From contig JAGYLS010000010.1 in assembly GCA_018400815.1 (NCBI GenBank), positions 1-40,107 of the forward strand: 40,107 nucleotides of DNA, in the 5' to 3' direction. The DNA is from Candidatus Oleincola secundus. Lineage in GTDB: Bacteria > Atribacterota > Phoenicimicrobiia > Phoenicimicrobiales > Stramentimicrobiaceae. This document shows positions 8,832 to 17,403 of the stretch, one piece after another. The notes under the pieces were generated by a model that worked only from the letters and a program-made list of their open reading frames with translations, ran no database searches and was not told the DNA's origin. The position numbers were made by a program, and so were the translations under genes. The first letter of the stretch is position 1. Each line of letters begins with the position of its first letter.

Positions 8832-9440
8832 TTAAGGAACAATAATTGTGGTAGTCACTTGAATAATATCAAAATCAGCACCACCGGTAGAATCTTGTGA
8901 AAAATCGTTAACTATATTATTATATGGGACTAAACTTGTATCGCTAATAGTTAAACTAAGGGCGTCATTCATATAATCATAAGTTTCCTCATCTTTATCA
9001 GTTGTAATCACATTCATAAAAATCTCTTCCGGATCACCCAATTTTGCGAGATCAATGGTAACCTGGAAATCAGTTTCGGCAGATGGAATATCCCATATAT
9101 TTTCTTCTGAGTCGTTGCCTACTTCCCCCAGATGAAACCCAAAATCATCTAACCTAATGTAATAATAACCATTCTCCCAGTTTTCTATATCATCATATGG
9201 TGGAAAAGAAGCATCCTCTCTTGTATCAAAGACAATATAATAATAACCATCATCGGTATTTATAGTGCCATTTTCATTTATTTCCACCTTTATAGTCAGT
9301 TGCTTTTGACCTGTACCTCCACCATTTGGTTCTTCTGGCCATCGGGCACAGCCATTAATTAAAAAAATAGCTGCTATCATTACTACCAGGCAAAATAAAT
9401 ATTTCTTCAGATTTTTCACAATATGCATAATGGCCTCCAA
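8832..9440 (-). CDS. Uncharacterised lipoprotein, beta-rich
   Basis: Lipobox LING|C; starts 7 nt after the lptA stop; true start may be slightly downstream. Confidence 0.75.
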   Translation of the reverse strand: MEAIMHIVKNLKKYLFCLVVMIAAIFLINGCARWPEEPNGGGTGQKQLTIKVEINENGTINTDDGYYYIVFDTREDASFPPYDDIENWENGYYYIRLDDFGFHLGEVGNDSEENIWDIPSAETDFQVTIDLAKLGDPEEIFMNVITTDKDEETYDYMNDALSLTISDTSLVPYNNIVNDFSQDSTGGADFDIIQVTTTIIVP

Positions 9441-9447
9441 TTCATTA

Positions 9448-10146
9448 TCAATCCAGGATCATTCTGCTTTTAACATTTCCGGTTACTTCAAGCTTATCAT
9501 CATCAATATAGAAAACAGCTTGATCTCCGGAAATTTGCCGATCATTATCTATTTCTTCAATTGTTACCTGGCCTGTTAAGGATATTTTGTCTTCTGCATC
9601 ATTATAGACTGCTTCTTTTGCAATGATAGTATAATCCTTTTTAGTAATCTTTACTTCTCCGGTAGCTGTCATATTTTTGGTATCGGTAAAAATCTCTAAT
9701 TTTTGACAAACCCAGGTTACATTATCTGGTTCTCCGTCACTATCTTCTCTTTCCTGTATCAGCTTTACCTGATTCTCAAATATATAACGCTTGTCATTCA
9801 GAAATGCCTCTAATGTTTCACCATTAATAGTAATATCTTCTTTGACCAGCTTAACACTGTCGGTTATTTGTCCAACCTTTGTATCAACATTGAAAGATGC
9901 CTGAGCAGCAGTTAATGTAGTATCCTCCTGTATAATAACTACATTGCCGATAAAGACCATCTGGTCATTTTCCTTATCATAATTGACCTGATCTGCTGTT
10001 AGTTCTACAACAGATTCTTCTACCTGTTCATCTTCCTGTCCCACCATTTCAACCTGTTCCTGGGCAAAGAGGGGAAAATTTATTATACCGATTATTATAA
10101 AGATAGAAATGACCATAATAAATATTTTCCTAAATAATCTTTTCAT
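9448..10146 (-). CDS. lptA: LptA/OstA-family periplasmic lipid transport protein (two OstA-like repeats)
   Basis: 'VELTADQVNYD...FIGNVVIIQEDTTLTA' and 'ATGEVKITK...LTGQVTIE...ISGDQAVFY' beta-jellyroll motifs; signal peptide LFA-Q. Confidence 0.82.
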   Translation of the reverse strand: MKRLFRKIFIMVISIFIIIGIINFPLFAQEQVEMVGQEDEQVEESVVELTADQVNYDKENDQMVFIGNVVIIQEDTTLTAAQASFNVDTKVGQITDSVKLVKEDITINGETLEAFLNDKRYIFENQVKLIQEREDSDGEPDNVTWVCQKLEIFTDTKNMTATGEVKITKKDYTIIAKEAVYNDAEDKISLTGQVTIEEIDNDRQISGDQAVFYIDDDKLEVTGNVKSRMILD

Positions 10147-10213
10147 AAACAATTATCCATCCTTTCCTTTTTTAAACTTCTTCGTTGGGGCCAGATCTCC
10201 CATATCTTCCGTT

Positions 10214-10789
10214 TTACAATTTCATAGTAACTGTTACTCTATTGGTTAGTTCAATTTGGGTCATATCCATATTAGTAGAAAGACCACCAGCCACAATGTA
10301 ATGATCATCAACCTTTAATTCCACCTTATCATTACTGGACAATCTTTGCTCTTCCGAGTGCCAGAAAACTTTTTCCCCTCTTAAAGAATCACCATTTTCA
10401 TTAGATATGACTACATTCCCGTTTAATTCCATATCTTTGTTTTGCATATTTGCAATAGATGTATCGGCAGAAATAGTTAAATTTGGTTCTTCATTTTTAT
10501 AAATAATCATCTGTTTTATATCTTCAAACAAAGTATTTTGCCTGTCTTCGGCAATTGATACTGTATCTGCTTCAATTAACCATTCCTTCTTTTCATTTTT
10601 AATACCCAAAACCTTTCCTCCCTCGATGCGAACAGGTGGTTCGTCAACTATAATATCATCCTGTACCTGTTCGATTGCTTCTTCGGGAGACATTGTCTCT
10701 TCAGGTGAACGATTAAAAAAATTATAAAACAAAATTACACCAATAATCAAAATTACTGCTAATATTAGAAATAAGTTTTTATTTTTCAT
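10214..10789 (-). CDS. lptC: LptC-family membrane-anchored periplasmic protein
   Basis: Single N-terminal TM helix; 'KEWLIEAD', 'LNGNVVISNENGDSLRGEKVFW', 'LSSNDKVEL'; start chosen at MKNKN (ORF track extends to 10837). Confidence 0.85.
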   Translation of the reverse strand: MKNKNLFLILAVILIIGVILFYNFFNRSPEETMSPEEAIEQVQDDIIVDEPPVRIEGGKVLGIKNEKKEWLIEADTVSIAEDRQNTLFEDIKQMIIYKNEEPNLTISADTSIANMQNKDMELNGNVVISNENGDSLRGEKVFWHSEEQRLSSNDKVELKVDDHYIVAGGLSTNMDMTQIELTNRVTVTMKL

Positions 10790-10886
10790 TTTATCAAATA
10801 TTAAGTATGAGGGAGGAAAATCCCTATACCTATACATTCCTTTGTTATCTTAATTTATTCTCAGCTAAATAACTTCATTTTGTGTC

Positions 10887-10958
10887 TTGATGGGGTCAGG
10901 TCTCAACATTTGACATTTCATTAAGACAATGTCAAATGTTGAGACCTGACCCCATCAA
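10887..10958. repeat. Perfect 31-bp inverted repeat (MITE/REP-like, GGGGTCAGGTCT type)
   Basis: TTGATGGGGTCAGGTCTCAACATTTGACATT - 10-nt loop - AATGTCAAATGTTGAGACCTGACCCCATCAA. Confidence 0.9.
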
Positions 10959-10961
10959 CAA

Positions 10962-12233
10962 TCAATAGCCTAAATGATACATCATTTCATCCCATAATTT
11001 ATCCTGGGCAAAGTTAGTATTATCATAATAATCATTATATTGATAATATGGCCAATATATGGTAAGCCCGTATGAATTCTTAACACTATTTCCAATTTGG
11101 GTATTTTCTATTATAACATTACCCAATTCCATTGACTGATTAATTTGGTCTGCATAGTTTAAAACTGAATAATTAGAAGTATAAGAAGGCAATTGATTTA
11201 CCAAATGCTTCAAATCTATATATTCAAACCCAACTCCTGTATAATACTGGCTAGAATTTCGGGCATCACGATAATTATCTTTCGGCACAGATAAGTCATT
11301 TATAACTGCCTGGGCAAGCCCGGAAATTTGGTCAGCCAGATTATCTATTTGGCTTAAATCTATAGCAGATAATGTTACATTACTTCCTGTTCCTGAATAT
11401 TGATTATAATAACAATCTACAATCTCAGTAGCAAACTGCTTAGATGTTTGACTGGGACTTGTAACCAGGGTTTGCAATACACAGTCATATTGCCAACCAT
11501 CTCCCGGAACAGATGCTTCAGAGGCGACCATAATTTGAGCATAATCCTTAACCTGATAGGCAACCTCAATCATTCCCATATGGCAAGCATCCATACCTAT
11601 AATATCTATTTCTTTCCCCAACTGACCAGATATAAAAGATAATGCATCTTCAAGTTGCGGCATGGTAATCCTGCTATCGAGACCAAAATTCCAATCCCAG
11701 CAAATGTCTCTGTTAAGTTCAAGAGAACGAAATCCTCCACCATGATTCCATAGGACCAGCATATAGCGCTCTGCAGGATAATTCTGGATTGCCCACTGAG
11801 CAAAATCTTTTAATGTCTCAGGATCACCCATGTTCTTTTGTCCCAGGTCCATTTTAAGTTTAGAATTAATAATTTCTGAATTCATATCCTGAGTTATATA
11901 ATATCGCCTGGTACCAGTCCAGTTATTATTTGAAGAGTCATCTAAATGACCCAGACCAAAATCATTTAAAACATCAAAGGGAATTCTATCCATCTGCACC
12001 ACAATATTAACATCCTTTGTGGAACCAATTATCTCCATTTCATTAATATCCTGAATTCCCACCGTTTCCAAATTGTTACCAGCAGCCAGATAAACCATTA
12101 CTGTCCATTTTGCCTCCTCAGGCACCGGGGGAATAATCTGACATCCGGAAAAGGTTAATGATAGAATTAATGCAATACTTAGTAAAATAAAAAGGGAATA
12201 TTTTTGTTTTTTGATATCCATTAAAGACTCCAT
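10962..12233 (-). CDS. Clostripain-family (peptidase C11) lipoprotein
   Basis: Lipobox FSG|C; 'WTVMVYLAAGNNL', catalytic 'LWNHGGG' His and 'MDACHMG' Cys. Confidence 0.92.
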   Translation of the reverse strand: MESLMDIKKQKYSLFILLSIALILSLTFSGCQIIPPVPEEAKWTVMVYLAAGNNLETVGIQDINEMEIIGSTKDVNIVVQMDRIPFDVLNDFGLGHLDDSSNNNWTGTRRYYITQDMNSEIINSKLKMDLGQKNMGDPETLKDFAQWAIQNYPAERYMLVLWNHGGGFRSLELNRDICWDWNFGLDSRITMPQLEDALSFISGQLGKEIDIIGMDACHMGMIEVAYQVKDYAQIMVASEASVPGDGWQYDCVLQTLVTSPSQTSKQFATEIVDCYYNQYSGTGSNVTLSAIDLSQIDNLADQISGLAQAVINDLSVPKDNYRDARNSSQYYTGVGFEYIDLKHLVNQLPSYTSNYSVLNYADQINQSMELGNVIIENTQIGNSVKNSYGLTIYWPYYQYNDYYDNTNFAQDKLWDEMMYHLGY

Positions 12234-12658
12234 ATCTTAAATATAACTTAAACCTATTCTTAATATTGATTATTTTTTAGCGTGACTTGAACTATTGCAA
12301 TATTTGTATTTTACCATTATTTTAAGGATTTTTATACATCAAATCTAAGTTTGGGGATATTATATATAGTATAATAGTTTTTAGTTAAAGAGAATGAAAA
12401 TTTTATTTATACTCAGACTTAAGATAGATCCGATACTAATTCATTTATATTTAAAACAAAAACAACAAGCAAAAATTTGGAAAACATCCATATTTTATAT
12501 TGCAGATTTTTTAAATATAATAAAAATAATATTTTTTTATTTTTATTGCAGTAATCATTTCTTTTATTATAATGAGTAATAATTATTTTGATGCTCTTTG
12601 GTTTTTTTGTATTTTCTAATTATCATAAAAAAATTATAAAAGAAAGGAGGAAGCATCA

Positions 12659-12988
12659 ATGAAAAAAATATCCTTTATGAAAGTTGCTTTAGTTGTTCTT
12701 GTTATCGCTATTTTGGGATTTGGATTATCCGGATGTGTTGTCCCCCCAATAACAAATACTGGTACTGCAAAAATTATTGTTTCTGGTTCATATGAGTATG
12801 ATATAAAAATGGATGATTATACTTATTATGATAATGAACCTGCCGGCACCTATTATATAACTGACATCTCTTCTGGTTACCATACATTCGAAGCAGTCGA
12901 TAGTGATGGAGCCTCTTGGGGTTCTGATAGTGAAACAAAATATATTTCCTCTGGTTCAAACTATGTATATTTATACCCTTCAGATTAG
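12659..12988 (+). CDS. Small lipoprotein (PEGA/Ig-like)
   Basis: AAGGAGG SD; lipobox LSG|C; 'ITDISSGYHTFEA' PEGA-like motif. Confidence 0.8.
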   Translation: MKKISFMKVALVVLVIAILGFGLSGCVVPPITNTGTAKIIVSGSYEYDIKMDDYTYYDNEPAGTYYITDISSGYHTFEAVDSDGASWGSDSETKYISSGSNYVYLYPSD

Positions 12989-13031
12989 TAATATAATATT
13001 ATAGTGATAATATATTGGGAATTTTATTCTT

Positions 13032-13077
13032 AAACAAAAAAAGAGTAGACTTTTTTGAATCTGCTCTTTTTTTGTTT
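13032..13077 (+). terminator. Intrinsic terminator (probably bidirectional)
   Basis: AAACAAAAAAAGAGTAGA...TCTGCTCTTTTTTTGTTT hairpin after the lipoprotein stop. Confidence 0.75.
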
Positions 13078-13164
13078 TATCGTACTATGTCATCTAAATC
13101 TAACGCTACTAAAAAATATTCATTCCATTTAACTATTTTTCTCATTAACCTCTAATAATCAACA

Positions 13165-13316
13165 TATATCGCACCCGCATAGCGTGTGGCTTTAAGAATC
13201 CCTAAAAGTGGTTTAACCTTTTCTTGGTACCTTTTTGTTCTGCTTTTTTCTTATATTTTACCTGAATATTTCTAAGCAATATAACTGCCTGCTTTGGGAT
13301 TCAGTTGAAAAATTGT
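13165..13316 (-). mobile_element. Non-autonomous element ending in an IS200/IS605-right-end-like hairpin (copy 2)
   Basis: Reverse complement reads ACAATTTTTCAACTGAATCCCAAAG...TTAAAGCCACACGCTATGCGGGTGCGATAT, matching both ends of 3901-4056. Confidence 0.5.
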
Positions 13317-13341
13317 CAGAAGAACCGTCCCCGTGACAATG

Positions 13342-14286
13342 TTAGTTTGCCAGGGAAACTATATTGGTGTCTCCTGCAACTTCCAGGTATAACTTGGTTT
13401 CCTCTTCCAGGGTTATATTCTTTCCGGGAATCAAAGCACCTGCAACCAGACCAATAGGGTTACTCAAAATTATCAATCCTGCAATACTTGCTCCAACTGC
13501 AATTCCGATTCGGGAATTTTCCTCTTCGGCATTCTCGCCCATTATCAAACGTAAGGGAGTGCCATCCACTGTCTCTATATATCTAAAATCTACTTCGAGT
13601 TTACCCTTCCTCAATAAAATTGATGCCCTTTTTGCTTTTAGTACTTCTCCTTTTCCAACTGTATCTTTGGGAATTATAACTGACCCGGCATAGACAATAT
13701 CTTCGGCTACCTGATATTCAAATATATCACCATCATCACTCTTTTTGGAACCAATATCCTCCAATAGTTTTACCGGGATTAAAGTACCAGCTGGGACAGT
13801 AATTTCCCTGATAGTTGGTCTTCCTTCTTCAAAAATTACATTGAATATTTTTTCCGCACGCATAGCCAGAACTTCATCAGAATTTTCACCAAATATACTT
13901 AATTCTAAATCTTCAATCTTGGTTAAAAGCGGATCATCTGTAACTTTATCCAGTAAAGTCCATTGAGCGGAATTTATTTTAAAGGACAAAGATGGCTCCT
14001 CGGGTGAGCCTGTAATAATAAAATCTTTCAGTTGTTCAATTCTTTCTTTAAGAATTCCGGGCAGGGTCCTGCCCACTAGTTCTTTTTCCAGATATTCTAC
14101 TCGATTCAATAATGATTCCGTTTTTACTTCACCAAAGACTTGCATTTCAATTTGGGAGAGTTCTTCAATAATTACTATCTCTGAGTTAGTTTGAGCTAAA
14201 GCAATTTGGGGTAGCATTATGGAAAGAAAAAATATTGCTGATAAGAAAATTGATAATTTTTGTTTTGATAAATACATATTTTTCAC
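13342..14286 (-). CDS. Exported envelope hypothetical protein (helical repeats plus C-terminal beta domain)
   Basis: Signal peptide ALA-Q; repeats 'IE..VFGE....L..R...LE'; 'VPAGTLIPVKLLEDIGS...GDIFEY' beta domain; Gly-rich hydrophobic hairpin near the C-terminus. Confidence 0.75.
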   Translation of the reverse strand: MKNMYLSKQKLSIFLSAIFFLSIMLPQIALAQTNSEIVIIEELSQIEMQVFGEVKTESLLNRVEYLEKELVGRTLPGILKERIEQLKDFIITGSPEEPSLSFKINSAQWTLLDKVTDDPLLTKIEDLELSIFGENSDEVLAMRAEKIFNVIFEEGRPTIREITVPAGTLIPVKLLEDIGSKKSDDGDIFEYQVAEDIVYAGSVIIPKDTVGKGEVLKAKRASILLRKGKLEVDFRYIETVDGTPLRLIMGENAEEENSRIGIAVGASIAGLIILSNPIGLVAGALIPGKNITLEEETKLYLEVAGDTNIVSLAN

Positions 14287-14825
14287 CTCTTTTGAATTAG
14301 TATTTAGTCGTTAGTATTTGATAGTTAGTCATAATCCATATTACTAACTACATTATATTATAAATATTCATTTATTTACACTTTTTTTAATACGTCTAAG
14401 TACTAGCTAAATTGTATTCTTTAAATTATATATTAACATATTACTATATTATTCCAAAGGTTTATTATCAAATATTATATTAATTTGGATTGAAAAGCAT
14501 TATTATTAAGCCAAAGAATATTGTAGGAGTAGTTGGATAAGATTGCTCCGTCGCTTTTCATTCTTTATATTATAGAATGATATTTTTAGTTTTTGGCTAA
14601 ATCTTCTTCGGGAAGTAAAGATAGTTTTTCACGGTTAAATAAAAAGAATATATCTTTATCTTGGCAAACAAATAAACTGCATTCTGGATATTCTATGATT
14701 AGAAAAGACTCTACAGGAAAATATTTGTAATGGTAAATTAGATGCTGTGTCAAAAATCAACTGACAAATTCTCCAAAAAAACTTTATTAATTTAATTATT
14801 ATTATAAAATTATCCTTTTCTTATA

Positions 14826-15020
14826 CTTCCCTCACCCCCACCTTAATCCTCCCCCCTCAAGGGGGAGGAAACAAGATGGAGTTAATTCTCACCTCAAGGG
14901 AAAGTTCCAAAAGTTAGATTCTTAACTCAAGGGGGAGGAAATGAGTTGGGTCAATCCTTTCCTCATGGGGGGATTTGTACTTCCCTCTCCCTTCGGAGGG
15001 AGAGGGCTAGGGTGAGGGGG
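14826..15020. repeat. BoxC-like C-rich/G-rich palindromic repeat cluster
   Basis: CCCCCACCTTAATCCTCCCCCCTCAAGGGGGAGG ... CCCTCTCCCTTCGGAGGGAGAGGGCTAGGGTGAGGGGG in inverted orientation, with degenerate CTCAAGGG units between. Confidence 0.75.
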
Positions 15021-15122
15021 ATAAAATGAAAGAGGAGTATTGTTTATAAAATTATTTTTTAGTTATTTGTATAGTACAAGTCGTCAGGTGGTGGCATTTT
15101 ACTTGCAGTAAATTCAAAAAGA

Positions 15123-15150
15123 AAAAGCCCCCGGAAATCCGGGGGCTTTT
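15123..15150 (-). terminator. Intrinsic terminator of the porin gene
   Basis: AAAAGCCCCCGGA-AA-TCCGGGGGCTTTT about 30 nt past the stop codon. Confidence 0.9.
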
Positions 15151-15178
15151 GGTTCTAGTTAATTTGCGTTAGCAATGA

Positions 15179-16858
15179 TTAGAAGCTGACTTCGATTCCA
15201 GCATACACTTTAGTTGTAGTATCAATGATATTCATGTCATCCCAATCATTGATGTCATCATCCCAATCGTTCATTTCAACACCAAGTTTCAGGTCGGTGT
15301 TTTCAGCTATAGCATACTGTAACTGGGCTTCTGCACTATAAGGAGCAGCACCGTCAGCATCCAGTCGACCTTCTACAACTAAGACCATTGGGTCATCTTC
15401 AAAGTTGTAGAGGAAATTTGCTACTGCAGTGTAATCAGGTACTGCGGCAAATGTGTAGTCGCCATAGACGTTGAAGACAAATTCGCTTAGTTCATCATCA
15501 TCACCGAGATACAGATTCAGGTACTGACCTGCTAAGGTAATATCTGTGGTTAATAAGTCATATTCAGCAGATACATAAGCTTCAGAATCTTCATGGTCTT
15601 CATCAATATTGGTGAAGTCTAACTGAAGACCGACATAGTGGTCAACTGGTGCCATAGCGGTATCCATTTCATAATTCCAATAAGGATTAGCAGCAATCTG
15701 CATTTCATCCTCATCAGCATCGTTCAATGGGAATTCTACGCTAGCGCTTACACCCAGTCTATCCGCGTCAAATGCAGAATTTGTAGGAACAAATCCAGGC
15801 TGTACATACCATGCATCAACAGTGGCATCAACATCATCATCATCACCAAAAGTTGCGGAAAGTTGACCGGCAACAGCAAATGATGTTACTGCTAAGTCAC
15901 TGAATACGCCACCTTCTAAAGCAAGACCAACTTGATCTTCGTCATCTTCGTCAGTTAAATCAAATGCTACATCCAATCCGCCAACATATCCCATTGCCAA
16001 CTGATCATAAGACGCAGTAACGCCTGCTGGAATATCATCGTCATCACCAACGTTAAATGCAACGTTCAAGACATAGAAGTCTTCTACGTCCATAAACATG
16101 GTCCAGGTTCCGAGATCTTCGTCGTCGGTATCCCAATTCCATTGTGCCCATACGCCTGGGAATTCTTCCAGCTCATCAAAATCGTAAACTAAACCAAGTC
16201 CGATAGTTGCTGGTGCAATTTCATCAGAAACCCATAAGCTCCAGTCACCTGCGTATTTCAGGTCATATCCGGTAAAGGTCACAGCTGGTACTCCGCTAAG
16301 AACGTCAGTTACATCCATGGTTAGTGCTACATTGGTTTCAGGATTAATTTCGGCTGAAAATGTTATTTCAGCTTCATCAGTGAGAGTTGCTGTAGCTACA
16401 GGCATAATATCCTTACTGTAATCAGCAGTCCAGGTACCTGAAATTGTAACAGGATCAAAGAATCTTTCATGTTTGTCAACTGTTTCCTGCATAGCAACAA
16501 TGGCTTCACTATGTTCACCAAGAGTTGCTTCTAAATCAGCTACTCTAACACCTAAATTAGCTAACTCATCAGCAAATTCTACAGCCAATTTTGAAAGAAT
16601 TTCTACATCTTCTTGAATTCCGCCATACTGTTCAACATAAGCTAATGCTTTTGCTAAAGCTTCTGCCATTTCATAGCGGGTTAAAGTTCTTTGACCACCA
16701 AAAGTACCATCAGGGTAACCAACGATGACACCTTTTGCAGCAAGTGTCTGCACTGCATCATAAGCCCAATGGTTTAAAGGAACATCAACAAATGGGTTTG
16801 CTAAAGCCGGAATAGCTAAAGCAAATACGAGTACTAATACTAAAACTAGTTTTTTCAT
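15179..16858 (-). CDS. SLH-domain / coiled-coil / beta-barrel outer-membrane tether porin (OmpM-like)
   Basis: Signal peptide ALA-N; SLH 'FVDVPLNHWAYDAV...GYPDGTFGGQRTLTRYEMA'; coiled coil 'LAVEFADELANLGVRVADLE'; barrel ending 'VYAGIEVSF'; AAGGAG SD before MKKLV. Confidence 0.9.
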   Translation of the reverse strand: MKKLVLVLVLVFALAIPALANPFVDVPLNHWAYDAVQTLAAKGVIVGYPDGTFGGQRTLTRYEMAEALAKALAYVEQYGGIQEDVEILSKLAVEFADELANLGVRVADLEATLGEHSEAIVAMQETVDKHERFFDPVTISGTWTADYSKDIMPVATATLTDEAEITFSAEINPETNVALTMDVTDVLSGVPAVTFTGYDLKYAGDWSLWVSDEIAPATIGLGLVYDFDELEEFPGVWAQWNWDTDDEDLGTWTMFMDVEDFYVLNVAFNVGDDDDIPAGVTASYDQLAMGYVGGLDVAFDLTDEDDEDQVGLALEGGVFSDLAVTSFAVAGQLSATFGDDDDVDATVDAWYVQPGFVPTNSAFDADRLGVSASVEFPLNDADEDEMQIAANPYWNYEMDTAMAPVDHYVGLQLDFTNIDEDHEDSEAYVSAEYDLLTTDITLAGQYLNLYLGDDDELSEFVFNVYGDYTFAAVPDYTAVANFLYNFEDDPMVLVVEGRLDADGAAPYSAEAQLQYAIAENTDLKLGVEMNDWDDDINDWDDMNIIDTTTKVYAGIEVSF

Positions 16859-16984
16859 GTTTTTCTCCTTGGTATTTTCTTTATATTTCCAGCTCAATTC
16901 CCTTTAAACAAAACCTATTAATTGAGTATCCTTCGTTCCCTCAATCATATTTTTGTAGTAAAAAGAATTAAGTGGATTTTTGTA

Positions 16985-17014
16985 TCATTTTCTGATAACA
17001 AAAGCAGGCACCAA
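16985..17014 (-). other. Putative leader uORF (MVPAFVIRK*) in the porin 5' UTR
   Basis: AAGGAGGTGA (17022-17031), 7-nt spacer, then TTG GTG CCT GCT TTT GTT ATC AGA AAA TGA. Confidence 0.5.
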
Positions 17015-17139
17015 ATCTTCTTCACCTCCTTTCTTCCCGCTTAAGTTATACAAATAGAAATGATACAAAACTTGTTTTTTTTGTTAGGTTTGGATAAATA
17101 TAGTTGTAAGCAATATTTTACCAAAGAACATTATATATC

Positions 17140-17169
17140 ATTATAGAACGTTAAAATTGGTAATGTCAA
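17140..17169 (-). promoter_or_regulatory. Consensus sigma70/sigmaA promoter of the porin gene
   Basis: TTGACA-N18-TATAAT on the minus strand. Confidence 0.8.
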
Positions 17170-17226
17170 GCCTTTTGTGGTAAAAAGAGTTTTTTGTTTA
17201 TGGTTTTTAGTTTTTCGCCCACAAAT

Positions 17227-17400
17227 AGTATCGAGTATGCAGTATCGGGTAATGACTTGTTTCCTCCCCCTCACCCTAACCCTCTCCCTCCAAGGGGAGA
17301 GGGAAGATTTAGAATATCCTTCGTAGGGAGAGGGAAGTATTCAAGCAAAGATATATACTCTCAGTACTCAACATATACTACATACTGGATACTCGATACT
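17227..17400. repeat. Element bounded by inverted AGTATCG heptamer runs, enclosing a BoxC-like hairpin
   Basis: AGTATCGAGTAT (17227) / ATACTCGATACT (17389-17400) inverted ends; CCCTCACCCTAACCCTCTCCC..GGGAGAGGG at ~17266-17305. Confidence 0.75.
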
Positions 17401-17403
17401 GAA

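Noticed and set aside
12394..12579. 61-aa plus-strand ORF
   Set aside because: Extremely AT-rich divergent promoter region, no SD, low-complexity F/I/Y composition.
14586..14753. ~55-aa minus-strand ORF (MTQHLIYHYKYFPVES...)
   Set aside because: TTG start without a well-placed SD and no recognisable family.
14850..14975. Possible CRISPR-like array of CTCAAGGG units
   Set aside because: Period ~35 bp with poorly conserved repeats; derived from BoxC-like palindromes.
16859..16897. Longer porin start (MSWKYK...)
   Set aside because: SD position and signal peptide favour MKKLV at 16858.
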